DNA of 64,000 nt, taken from positions 16,760 through 80,759 of the forward strand of contig CAYQJL010000018.1 of NCBI GenBank assembly GCA_964417675.1. Reading direction: 5' to 3'. Below the pieces are notes generated by a model that ran no database searches, was not told where the DNA came from, and saw nothing but the letters and a program-made list of their open reading frames with translations. The DNA comes from an uncultured bacterium. Lineage in GTDB: Bacteria > Eisenbacteria > RBG-16-71-46 > CAIMUX01 > WJJG01. The position numbers and the translations under genes were made by a program. Positions 56,510-64,000 of the stretch are shown here, piece after piece; within the stretch, counting starts at the first letter, position 1, and each line of letters starts with the position of its first letter.

Positions 56510-57808
56510 TTGACCCGAGATCATCAGGCCCAACAGGGGTCCGCCGGGCACCCGCTCTTCGAGGATGCGGACTTCCAGCGTGCCGAGAGCCGCATTCGCA
56601 GCTCCAGCAGGGTGCTCATCGACCTGCTCGAGGAACTGGTCGGCATCCGCTCGGAGAATCCGCCGGGGGATAACTACCTCGAATGCGCCCTCCTGCTGAG
56701 CGAGCGGCTGCGCGATCTGGGCTTCACTCCCCGGCTGATCGAGGTGCCCCCTCACGAGCTGCGCCGGCTCGGGTTGCCGGACGCGCTGCCGCGCCCGTCG
56801 GTCATCGCCGCCTTCGGCGACGAATCGCCGGACGCTCCGACCCTACACTTCCACGCTCACTACGATGTCGTGCCCGCCGAATGTGACGACATGTTTCGCC
56901 TGCGGGTGGAGGGCGACGATGCCTGGGGACGCGGCACGGCCGATATGAAAGGCGGCATCGTCTCGCTGCTGCTGGCGCTTTCGGCGCTCAAGCTCCTCCG
57001 GCCACGGCTGGCAGGCCGGGTTCTCCTGTCGCTGGTCCCGGATGAAGAAACCGGGGGGCGTGCCGGCACCGAATACCTGTTTCGCTCCGGCATCCTGCCC
57101 CGGCGCTCGCTCGGCATGCTGACCCCCGAACCGACCCACGGGACCGTCTGGAACGGCAATCGGGGCGCCATCTCCCAGCTTCTGACCGTTGGGGGGCGGA
57201 TGGCCCATGTGGCCGTGCAGCATCAGGGCCGCAACGCCTTCGAGGGGCTCCTGGAACTGGGGCAGATGCTTCGGGATGTGAAGCTGGAGGTCGAGGCCCG
57301 CCGTTTCGATGGCCCGGACCTCGGCATGGACGGCCCCCCGTCGGTGCTACTGCTGGGGGGAATCACCCGCGGGGGAACGAACTTCAACGTCGTGCCCGAG
57401 ACCACCAGTTTCTCGGTGGACCGCCGCTTCCATCCCCACGAGTCACAGACCGGCGTGGCCCGGGAACTGGAGCGGATCTACCGCCGCTTCCGGAGGAACG
57501 GTTGGGATCTGGACGTGCAGCTCCTGCAGAAGGGCGCCGCATCCTTCACCGCCAGAGACACGCCTCTGGCCGAGACCCTGGCCCACGTGGTTGCGACGGT
57601 GACCGGCGCCGAGCCGAAGTTCGGCCTCTGCCCCGGTATCCTGGAAACAAGGTTCTTCATCGAGAATGAAACCCCTGGCCTGGCCTATGGCCCCGGCGAG
57701 CTGGGCCTCAGTCACACCAAGCACGAGCGCGTGAGCCTGGCGCGGATCATGGACGTGGCTTGCATCTATGCACGGATGGCGTGGGTACTGCTCGGCAGGC
57801 CGGCCTGA
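56510..57808 (+). CDS. M20 family metallopeptidase (ArgE/DapE-like deacylase)
   Basis: HFHAHYDVVP, GRGTADMKGG and LVPDEETGG metal-binding motifs. Confidence 0.8.
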   Translation: MTRDHQAQQGSAGHPLFEDADFQRAESRIRSSSRVLIDLLEELVGIRSENPPGDNYLECALLLSERLRDLGFTPRLIEVPPHELRRLGLPDALPRPSVIAAFGDESPDAPTLHFHAHYDVVPAECDDMFRLRVEGDDAWGRGTADMKGGIVSLLLALSALKLLRPRLAGRVLLSLVPDEETGGRAGTEYLFRSGILPRRSLGMLTPEPTHGTVWNGNRGAISQLLTVGGRMAHVAVQHQGRNAFEGLLELGQMLRDVKLEVEARRFDGPDLGMDGPPSVLLLGGITRGGTNFNVVPETTSFSVDRRFHPHESQTGVARELERIYRRFRRNGWDLDVQLLQKGAASFTARDTPLAETLAHVVATVTGAEPKFGLCPGILETRFFIENETPGLAYGPGELGLSHTKHERVSLARIMDVACIYARMAWVLLGRPA

Positions 57809-57837
57809 AGCGGACGCCCCCCGCCATCCACCGGCGA

Positions 57838-60531
57838 TTACTCCACGACCACGACGCGACGGGTCATCTCTTGTCCGGCGGCTTTGGCGCGGACGAAGTA
57901 GATACCTGCAGAGGCGACGCGGCCACGGTCATCGCGGCCATCCCAAGGCAACGCATGGGATCCCGCGGCCAGGGTTCCCCGAGCCAGCCTGCGAATCCTC
58001 CGGCCGCTGGCATCGAACAACTCGACCGTCGCATCGGCGGCCGACGGCAAGGTGAGCTGCAGCAGCGTCGCGCCCGTGGTCAGGGAGGGAATCGGGCGGC
58101 TCAGGTGCAGGCGCCCCGCCGCAATCACCTCCGGAACATCCTGGGATCCGCTCACAAGATACATGACGGCATTCTCGATCAGCTGCCGAGCGAGCTGGCC
58201 GTCGGTTAACGCATCGTAGTCAAAGGCGAAGAAGACGATCTGCCCCTCGCTGCGACCGGCAGCCTCATAGACCAGGATGCCCACGTCATCGGGGTAGCTG
58301 CTGGTGCCGAAGACCACGGTGGCGTCGCCGGTGGGAATCGCCGCGTCCTGGTCTCCGAAGTAATCATAGGTCAGACCCAACGTGCTGGGCAGCGCATTGG
58401 GGGTCGTGGCCAGCGGATGCTGGCTCTGTGAGCCGCGCAGCACCAGATCGCCGCCATGGTCCGTGCGATAGCTCGATACGTGCAGCAGCTCGGAGGCGAT
58501 CTGGGGATAGCCTGGATTGACCAGCGCATCGTAGGCCATCTCCCCACCCTCCATGATGAGGCGTCCCTGCGCGGCCGCATGCGCCAGCAAGGCCTCCCGG
58601 CGCCCTTCCATACGCAGGGGGTTCTTGTACGATCCGGCGCTCCAGATGACCACGTCATACTCGTCCCACAGTTCGGGCTGGGTGGTCACGATCGTCTCGC
58701 GCGTCACGCGAAACGCCAGCGCCGTGAGATCCGCGACCAGCACATCCGAGGGGTTCTCATCCGAGATGACCAGGATGTCGGCGCGCGCCGGCGGCAAAGC
58801 GAAGTCGAGCGACAGGTTGCCGCCGATCGTGCGGGTTTCGGTGACCGGAACGTGCCCCGCCGCGCCAGCCACCAGGTCGTAGGTTCCGGACGGAACCTCG
58901 ATCTCATACTCGGCCGTGACGGCGTCGGCGGCCACCTTCTGGAAGAGCTCGCCGGTATCCGCGCGGTAGACCGCCACCGTGGCGTCACCCAGGGGGGTTC
59001 CGGTTCCGGCCTGCGCCACGCTACCCGAGACCATGTACCAGGAACCCGCCCGCTGCAGCTGGACATCATGCCGGGTCGTGACGCCCGCGATCACACTGAT
59101 CGGACCCGAATTGTACGGCTGATACCCGAACGACTCGACCTCGAGCGTATAGGTGCCCGGTTCGAGCATCCGGTGGTAGAAGCCGTCGGCGGCATCGTTG
59201 TAGATCGGCTTGCCGATCTCGGTGACATCGATCGTGGCCGGCACGGGGGTTCCGAGGCCGGCGTCGGTCACCTGCCCCTGGACTCCGTTGCGGGCCTGCT
59301 CGAGCAGCCAGATCATCGACTCGCGATTGTTCTCCCAGAAGGTGGGCAGCTGGGAGGACGACGGCCACTTCACATTGCTGACCTCGATGCAGAAATGCAG
59401 CTCATTGCGCCAGTTGTAGGCCCAGTCCTGGAAACCGCCGTGAATGACGTACCATTCCCAACCAATCGTCACGCCATGCGTGAAGGTACCGCTGTTCCAC
59501 ATCGGCGGGTTGCGGAAGGAGTAGCCCAAGGCCAGGTTGTGGATCTGGTCATGGTCGGGGGTGTACTGGCCGTAGAAGCAGTCCCAGGGGTAGTTCACCA
59601 CCAGGGCCCCGCCGTGATAGTTCACGCCGATCGTGAAGTTGTGACCGTATTGCCAGAGCATCATCTGCTGTACTTCCGTGGGCCGCCCCGCGGGATCGTC
59701 GTTGGGATCCTCGAGCGGGTCCGGGAAGCTCCGGTTCAGATCAAACCCGCTCGCGTTGTAGCGCGAACCGGCCGCGTTGCCGTCCGGATTGTGCAGCGGG
59801 CAGAACCAGATCTCGAGGTCATCGACCAGCGCGGTCAGATCCGGGTCGACGCCATAGTTCTCCACCAGAAGACGGATCAGATAGACACACATCTCCATTC
59901 CCACGACCTCGTCACCGTGAATCGTGGCCGTGTACTTGAAGGCCGGCTCCGGCTCATCCTGCGTAACATTGTCGGAGATCTTCAGCATCCAGATCTCGCG
60001 ACCCTGTTCCGACTGCCCGATGGAGGTGAGCATGGCGATGTGGGGATAGTCATTGGCGATCTGCTGGAGCTCGGCGCCGAGGGATTCGTGGGTGTGATAG
60101 TCCTCACGCCCCGGTATGCGCAATCCGGCCGCCACCTCCGCTTCCCACTGGAGAAAGGCGCGGCGGGCCTGGTTGGGAATCGCCTGGGCCTGATAGCCGG
60201 CGCCGCGGAGGTCATCCAAGGTGGCGTCATCGACGTAGGCCGTGACGATCTGTCCGTGCACCCGGTCAATGTCAAGATCCCACGCATCGAGCGCCGAGAG
60301 ATGGTAGGCACTGGATGCGACGATCTCGATGGGAAACCGGCCGGTGAAGGGACAGCGATCCTCCCTGGCGGGCAACGGGCCGAGGGCGGCATCCACGTCG
60401 GAGAGCAGGCCGGGCAGGGCGCCCGCGGCGCCCGTCGCGCCCGTCGCGCCCAGGAGAGAGAGCAGGAGCAGACCTGCCACACAGAGGGTCCTCGGATGAT
60501 GTCCGGTCCGCCAGCCTGTCCGTCTTCGCAT
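57838..60531 (-). CDS. secreted M14 zinc carboxypeptidase with CarbopepD_reg-like and additional domains and T9SS/FlgD-Ig-like C-terminal domain
   Basis: AGGAGGG RBS at the internal Met. Signal peptide CVAGLLLLSLLGATGA. M14 motifs (ATIHGDEVVG, NPDGN, VNYHGGALVVNYPW). C-terminus AGIYFVRAKAAGQEMTRRVVVVE. Confidence 0.88.
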   Translation of the reverse strand: MRRRTGWRTGHHPRTLCVAGLLLLSLLGATGATGAAGALPGLLSDVDAALGPLPAREDRCPFTGRFPIEIVASSAYHLSALDAWDLDIDRVHGQIVTAYVDDATLDDLRGAGYQAQAIPNQARRAFLQWEAEVAAGLRIPGREDYHTHESLGAELQQIANDYPHIAMLTSIGQSEQGREIWMLKISDNVTQDEPEPAFKYTATIHGDEVVGMEMCVYLIRLLVENYGVDPDLTALVDDLEIWFCPLHNPDGNAAGSRYNASGFDLNRSFPDPLEDPNDDPAGRPTEVQQMMLWQYGHNFTIGVNYHGGALVVNYPWDCFYGQYTPDHDQIHNLALGYSFRNPPMWNSGTFTHGVTIGWEWYVIHGGFQDWAYNWRNELHFCIEVSNVKWPSSSQLPTFWENNRESMIWLLEQARNGVQGQVTDAGLGTPVPATIDVTEIGKPIYNDAADGFYHRMLEPGTYTLEVESFGYQPYNSGPISVIAGVTTRHDVQLQRAGSWYMVSGSVAQAGTGTPLGDATVAVYRADTGELFQKVAADAVTAEYEIEVPSGTYDLVAGAAGHVPVTETRTIGGNLSLDFALPPARADILVISDENPSDVLVADLTALAFRVTRETIVTTQPELWDEYDVVIWSAGSYKNPLRMEGRREALLAHAAAQGRLIMEGGEMAYDALVNPGYPQIASELLHVSSYRTDHGGDLVLRGSQSQHPLATTPNALPSTLGLTYDYFGDQDAAIPTGDATVVFGTSSYPDDVGILVYEAAGRSEGQIVFFAFDYDALTDGQLARQLIENAVMYLVSGSQDVPEVIAAGRLHLSRPIPSLTTGATLLQLTLPSAADATVELFDASGRRIRRLARGTLAAGSHALPWDGRDDRGRVASAGIYFVRAKAAGQEMTRRVVVVE

Positions 60532-60720
60532 GGGAATCCCTCCTGATTCGGGCGCCCGCATGCACGCGCGCCCTCCCGCAAACTCGTGGCACCCTCCGGC
60601 CCGCCCGGCAGGCTCGCCCGACACTGTGTACGATTGTATCACCTCCTCGCCCTCGCAAGCCACCGCCTTGGAGCTAAGGGGAGGCGCAACTCGTGACGAT
60701 GACCTTAAACGGTCGGCAGG

Positions 60721-60785
60721 ATGCCCCTTCATAGATGCAGTGGTTACCAGCGGCCCGTCACAGATGCAGTGGTTACCCACGGCCC
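60721..60785. repeat. two tandem copies of a ~30-bp unit upstream of the GAF gene
   Basis: agatgcagtggttacc(a/c)(g/a)cggcccgtcaca x2. Confidence 0.8.
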
Positions 60786-60803
60786 GTCACAACGGAGTGG
60801 TGC

Positions 60804-61388
60804 ATGCCCCGTTCCCTCTTACCCGAGCAGGAGCTCAAACTACGCCGGCAGTACGATGATTGCCTGGCTCAAATCCTCCATTGGGGCGAAAAGTCCGGTC
60901 CGTGGGAGGGTTTCCTCGACCACTGCCTGGCGCTCATTGGGGACACCACCGGCGTGTCGCGGGCCTACGTCTTCCGGTTCGACCCGCAGGCCCGCCTGAT
61001 GATCAACACCCACGAATGGACCTCTCCAGGGATGGCACCGATGCTCGGTGTCGAGGTCGGTTTCGACGAGTTTCCGTATTGGACCGGGCAACTGCTAGCC
61101 AACCAAGCCATTGTGGGAAGTGACCTTCGTAGGGACCTGCCCGCCGAGGTCCACGAGATTCTGACGCTCCAGGACATCCTGAGCACACTGGTGGCCCCGC
61201 TCACAATCGCCGGGCAGGTGTGGGGCTGTTTGGGCCTGGACGACTGCCGGCGGCGGCGCGAGTGGTCGCCTCTGGAGGTGTCCGGTTTTCGATCGGCCTG
61301 CCGTGGAGTCGCCGCCTGGGTGGGACAACGGCAAGCGGCCGCGGCCGGGAGCGGGATTTCAACCGGATGCCATATACCTGCGTCTTGA
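60804..61388 (+). CDS. GAF-domain protein
   Basis: GAF-like core (VSRAYVFRFDPQ...LANQAIVGSD...QDILSTLVAPLTIAGQVWGCLGLDDC). Confidence 0.68.
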   Translation: MPRSLLPEQELKLRRQYDDCLAQILHWGEKSGPWEGFLDHCLALIGDTTGVSRAYVFRFDPQARLMINTHEWTSPGMAPMLGVEVGFDEFPYWTGQLLANQAIVGSDLRRDLPAEVHEILTLQDILSTLVAPLTIAGQVWGCLGLDDCRRRREWSPLEVSGFRSACRGVAAWVGQRQAAAAGSGISTGCHIPAS

Positions 61389-61421
61389 CCGGTTTCTTTT
61401 CACCGGCTACTGTGCGTCATC

Positions 61422-61940
61422 ATGAGTCAAATGAACGATCCTACAGAATCCAGGGAAGCCGTCCAGGAGGGCGGCATCGACGCTGCGCGTCTGCTGCGCA
61501 TGGCGGGTCTCAAAGTGACCCGCACCCGGGTCGGACTCCTGAATCTGGTCGCACAGGAGTCCCGCCACCTCACCGCGGACGAAATCACCGCGGGCCTGCA
61601 CGCGGCAGGGATCCGTTTGGATCGGGTGACGGTATACAGAAACATGGATCGGCTCATGGATGCGGGGATCTTCGTGGCCTCCTTCCTGCCTGGCCGAGCC
61701 TTGCGCGTGGGCCTGTGCCGTCAGCCGGACGCCCCCCATCATCATCACATTGTCTGCCTGCATTGCGGCATGTTCGCCGAAACGCAGGGGTGCCTGCTCG
61801 AGGAACGTTGGGAGAGCCTGTGCCGGGACCTGGCCAACCAAACCGGCTTTGCGCTGGAGGGGCACGTCATGCAGTATGTGGGCGTGTGTCCCGAGTGCCA
61901 GGCGGCGGGAATCACCAGCGCCGGCCTCAAGCTCCATTGA
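61422..61940 (+). CDS. Fur-family metalloregulator (Fur/Zur/PerR-type)
   Basis: Winged HTH (KVTRTRVGLLNLV...HLTADEI). Metal sites HHHHIVCLHCG and CPEC. Confidence 0.9.
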   Translation: MSQMNDPTESREAVQEGGIDAARLLRMAGLKVTRTRVGLLNLVAQESRHLTADEITAGLHAAGIRLDRVTVYRNMDRLMDAGIFVASFLPGRALRVGLCRQPDAPHHHHIVCLHCGMFAETQGCLLEERWESLCRDLANQTGFALEGHVMQYVGVCPECQAAGITSAGLKLH

Positions 61941-61998
61941 ACATCGGCAATGCACAGGATCGCATCCGCCCGTGGGGCGTGTGTGGTGGGGGATTTGC

Positions 61999-64000
61999 AT
62001 GAAGTGGTGGATGCCGGCTCTTGCCCATATTTCAATCCTACCGGCCCTTCTTCTCCTGACCAGTTGCAGCCGTCAAATCCCCCCCCCGGCAACCGGCGCG
62101 GCGGGGAACCGGACAGCGGCCTTGCCGGCGGGAGTGCCCGCTGATGGCGCTGTCGCCGGACTGGCTTCCGACTCATTGCAGATGGGCACAGAATGGCTGA
62201 TCGACAGCCTATCGGTGCGGGTCGATTCCCTGAACTTTCCGGGCGCCTTCCAGGGCGACCTTCCCGATATCAGCGATAGCCTGGCAGCCTATACGGAGTC
62301 CCGCCTTCCCTCCGGCGAGGAGCTCTTCGACTACCCCGTCGAGTTGAACCGCCGGGTATTGGCCTGGATCGACTTCTATCTGGGACGCGGTCGCAGCAGC
62401 TTCGACCGCAGTCTGGAACGTTCGGGGCGCTACCTGGCCATGGCCCGGCGCATCTTCGCCGAAGAGGGCGTGCCGCAGGACCTGGCCTTCCTGGCCCACG
62501 TCGAGAGCGGCTTCCGTCACAACGCCCAGTCTCCCGCACGCGCCCTTGGGCTGTGGCAGTTCATGCGCGGCACCGCCCGCCAATATGACCTGCGCTGCGA
62601 TGCCTATGTCGACGAACGCCTCGATCCGGAGAAGTCCACGCGCGCCTGCGCGCGACACCTGTCGGACCTCTATGCCGAGTTCGGGGACTGGTACCTGTCC
62701 TTGGCGGCGTACAATGCCGGTGCGGGCAAGGTCAGGCGCGCCGTACGCCAGGCCGGGGCGCGCGACTTCTGGCATATCGCGCGGACCCGACACCTGGTCA
62801 ATGAGACCCGCAATTTCGTGCCGGCGATTCTGGCCGCCACGATTCTGTCGAAGTCGCCGGGCGCCTACGGATTCAAGGAGACGACCGACCCGCCGCTCGA
62901 ATACGACACGATCATGATCGACTCTCCGACCGACCTGCGGGTGGTGGCGGCCGTCAGCGGCCTCTCCCTGGAAGAACTCCACGAACTCAATCCGGCGCTT
63001 CTCCTGATGCAGACGCCGCGCGGGAACGAGTACCCGATTCATCTTCCCTGTGGCCTGGGGGGCGCGGCGTCAGCGTCCCTGGCCGAGATCCCGCCCGAGG
63101 AACGCCTGGTCCACCATCGGCATGCGGTGCAGAGCGGCCAGACACGGGGCGGCCGGGCCCGCCGCTACGGAACGACCGTGCAGGCCATCCAGGACGCCAA
63201 CGGCATGGGGCGGCGAACCACGATCTATGTTGGGAACACGTTGCTGATCCCCAGCCGGCACGGCGGTCTCGCCGACTTCGTCCTGGCCGGCGCCGACGGC
63301 ATGATCAAGCACACCGTCCGTCGCGGCGAGTGCCTCTCCACCATCGCCAGCCGCTACCGGGTGCGCGTCGCCGCGATCCAGTCGGCCAACGCGATCCGTG
63401 ATCCGGCCCGGATCTATCCGGGTCAGGTTTTGTCGGTCCCGGTTCCGGTCGAGCAGGCGCGGGCCGCCGCTGCGCCCATCGAGCCGGTCACCCGGTCCAG
63501 CGGCGCAATGGCGATGTCCGCCGAAGCGCAGCACCGAGACGCTCATGTACAGGATGCCCTCGCCGAGCGGGAGTCGGCGGCTGGCTACCGTCCTCTACGC
63601 GCCCAGAACAACTCCGATTCGCTGGGGCGGGTGCCGACCACAGCGCACATCGTCGAGCAAGCCCGGGCGGCCCTCGAGCTCGAGGAACAGCGCGCCGTCG
63701 AAGAAGGCCGGCCCCTGCCCGGCCCCGCGCTGCATGTTGTCCGCCGGGGAGACACGCTTTCGGAGATCGCCGGCCGCTATGGCGTTCGTGTGACGGAGTT
63801 GCGGCAGTGGAATGGCATGGGGCGCTCGAGCCTGATCCACCCCGGACAGGAGCTGTTTGTGGCATCCCCCAGCGGGAACCGCTCGGGTGAATCGCGGGTG
63901 CATGTGGTGCGCAACGGGGAGTCGCTGTGGATCATTGCCAAGCGCTACGGTGTGCGGGTGGCTGACCTGGCCAGCTGGAACGAAATCCACCACGGTTCGA
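61999..64000 (+). CDS. mltD: membrane-bound lytic murein transglycosylase D-like lipoprotein with at least 3 LysM domains (C-terminus beyond window)
   Basis: Lipobox LLLTSC. SLT motifs (AHVESGFRHNAQSPARALGLWQFM, YNAGAGKV). LysM repeats (HTVRRGECLSTIASRY..., HVVRRGDTLSEIAGRYGV..., HVVRNGESLWIIAKRYGV...). Frame stays open to 64000. Confidence 0.85.
   Translation, partial: MKWWMPALAHISILPALLLLTSCSRQIPPPATGAAGNRTAALPAGVPADGAVAGLASDSLQMGTEWLIDSLSVRVDSLNFPGAFQGDLPDISDSLAAYTESRLPSGEELFDYPVELNRRVLAWIDFYLGRGRSSFDRSLERSGRYLAMARRIFAEEGVPQDLAFLAHVESGFRHNAQSPARALGLWQFMRGTARQYDLRCDAYVDERLDPEKSTRACARHLSDLYAEFGDWYLSLAAYNAGAGKVRRAVRQAGARDFWHIARTRHLVNETRNFVPAILAATILSKSPGAYGFKETTDPPLEYDTIMIDSPTDLRVVAAVSGLSLEELHELNPALLLMQTPRGNEYPIHLPCGLGGAASASLAEIPPEERLVHHRHAVQSGQTRGGRARRYGTTVQAIQDANGMGRRTTIYVGNTLLIPSRHGGLADFVLAGADGMIKHTVRRGECLSTIASRYRVRVAAIQSANAIRDPARIYPGQVLSVPVPVEQARAAAAPIEPVTRSSGAMAMSAEAQHRDAHVQDALAERESAAGYRPLRAQNNSDSLGRVPTTAHIVEQARAALELEEQRAVEEGRPLPGPALHVVRRGDTLSEIAGRYGVRVTELRQWNGMGRSSLIHPGQELFVASPSGNRSGESRVHVVRNGESLWIIAKRYGVRVADLASWNEIHHGS

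Overview
This 64-kb window is about 69% GC and looks like bacterial chromosome with 45-50 genes on both strands. Several secreted proteins end in a T9SS/FlgD-Ig-like C-terminal domain (e.g. GVYLLRIAG...), which fits a high-GC FCB-group/Gemmatimonadota-like organism. This is a guess from eye only.

Gene content, in order:
- A cobalamin-riboswitch-controlled BtuB-like TonB receptor followed by a beta-propeller partner.
- A PilZ-cNMP-HDOD signalling protein.
- A capsule/EPS locus: KpsC-like protein, GT2, GT4, a multi-SLBB OPX exporter and a Wzx flippase.
- lepB, then a Na/Pi cotransporter with a PhoU-like protein.
- infA with an RGG-rich N-terminal extension, and an rpsA-like S1 protein.
- A 4-gene operon of uncharacterised membrane proteins with an internal duplication.
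- A minus-strand operon: Lon-like (S16) membrane protein with a periplasmic FG-GAP domain, then an ECF sigma factor, then a zf-HC2 anti-sigma factor.
- A GT4 with a repeat insertion, a secreted protein with four internal repeats, and a Cys/His-rich protein.
- A citrate lyase citD-citE fusion plus citF, and a DUF1684 protein.
- SahR followed by AhcY.
- An ABC-2 exporter.
- A Gtr/YfhO-like three-component glycosylation module: GT2, a large GT-C-like membrane protein and a flippase.
- Two M14 carboxypeptidases, FabG, an M20 peptidase, a GAF protein, Fur and an MltD-like LysM transglycosylase.

Other observations:
- Intergenic regions carry many unrelated short direct tandem repeat arrays. None has the repeat-spacer architecture of a CRISPR array.
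- The strongest candidates for undescribed systems are the Lon-like/FG-GAP membrane protein coupled to the ECF sigma pair (27.7-30.1 kb), the duplicated membrane-protein operon (22.3-26.1 kb), and the secreted four-repeat protein with its Cys-rich partner (32.0-34.8 kb).
- All product calls rest on motif recognition by eye. No database searches were run.
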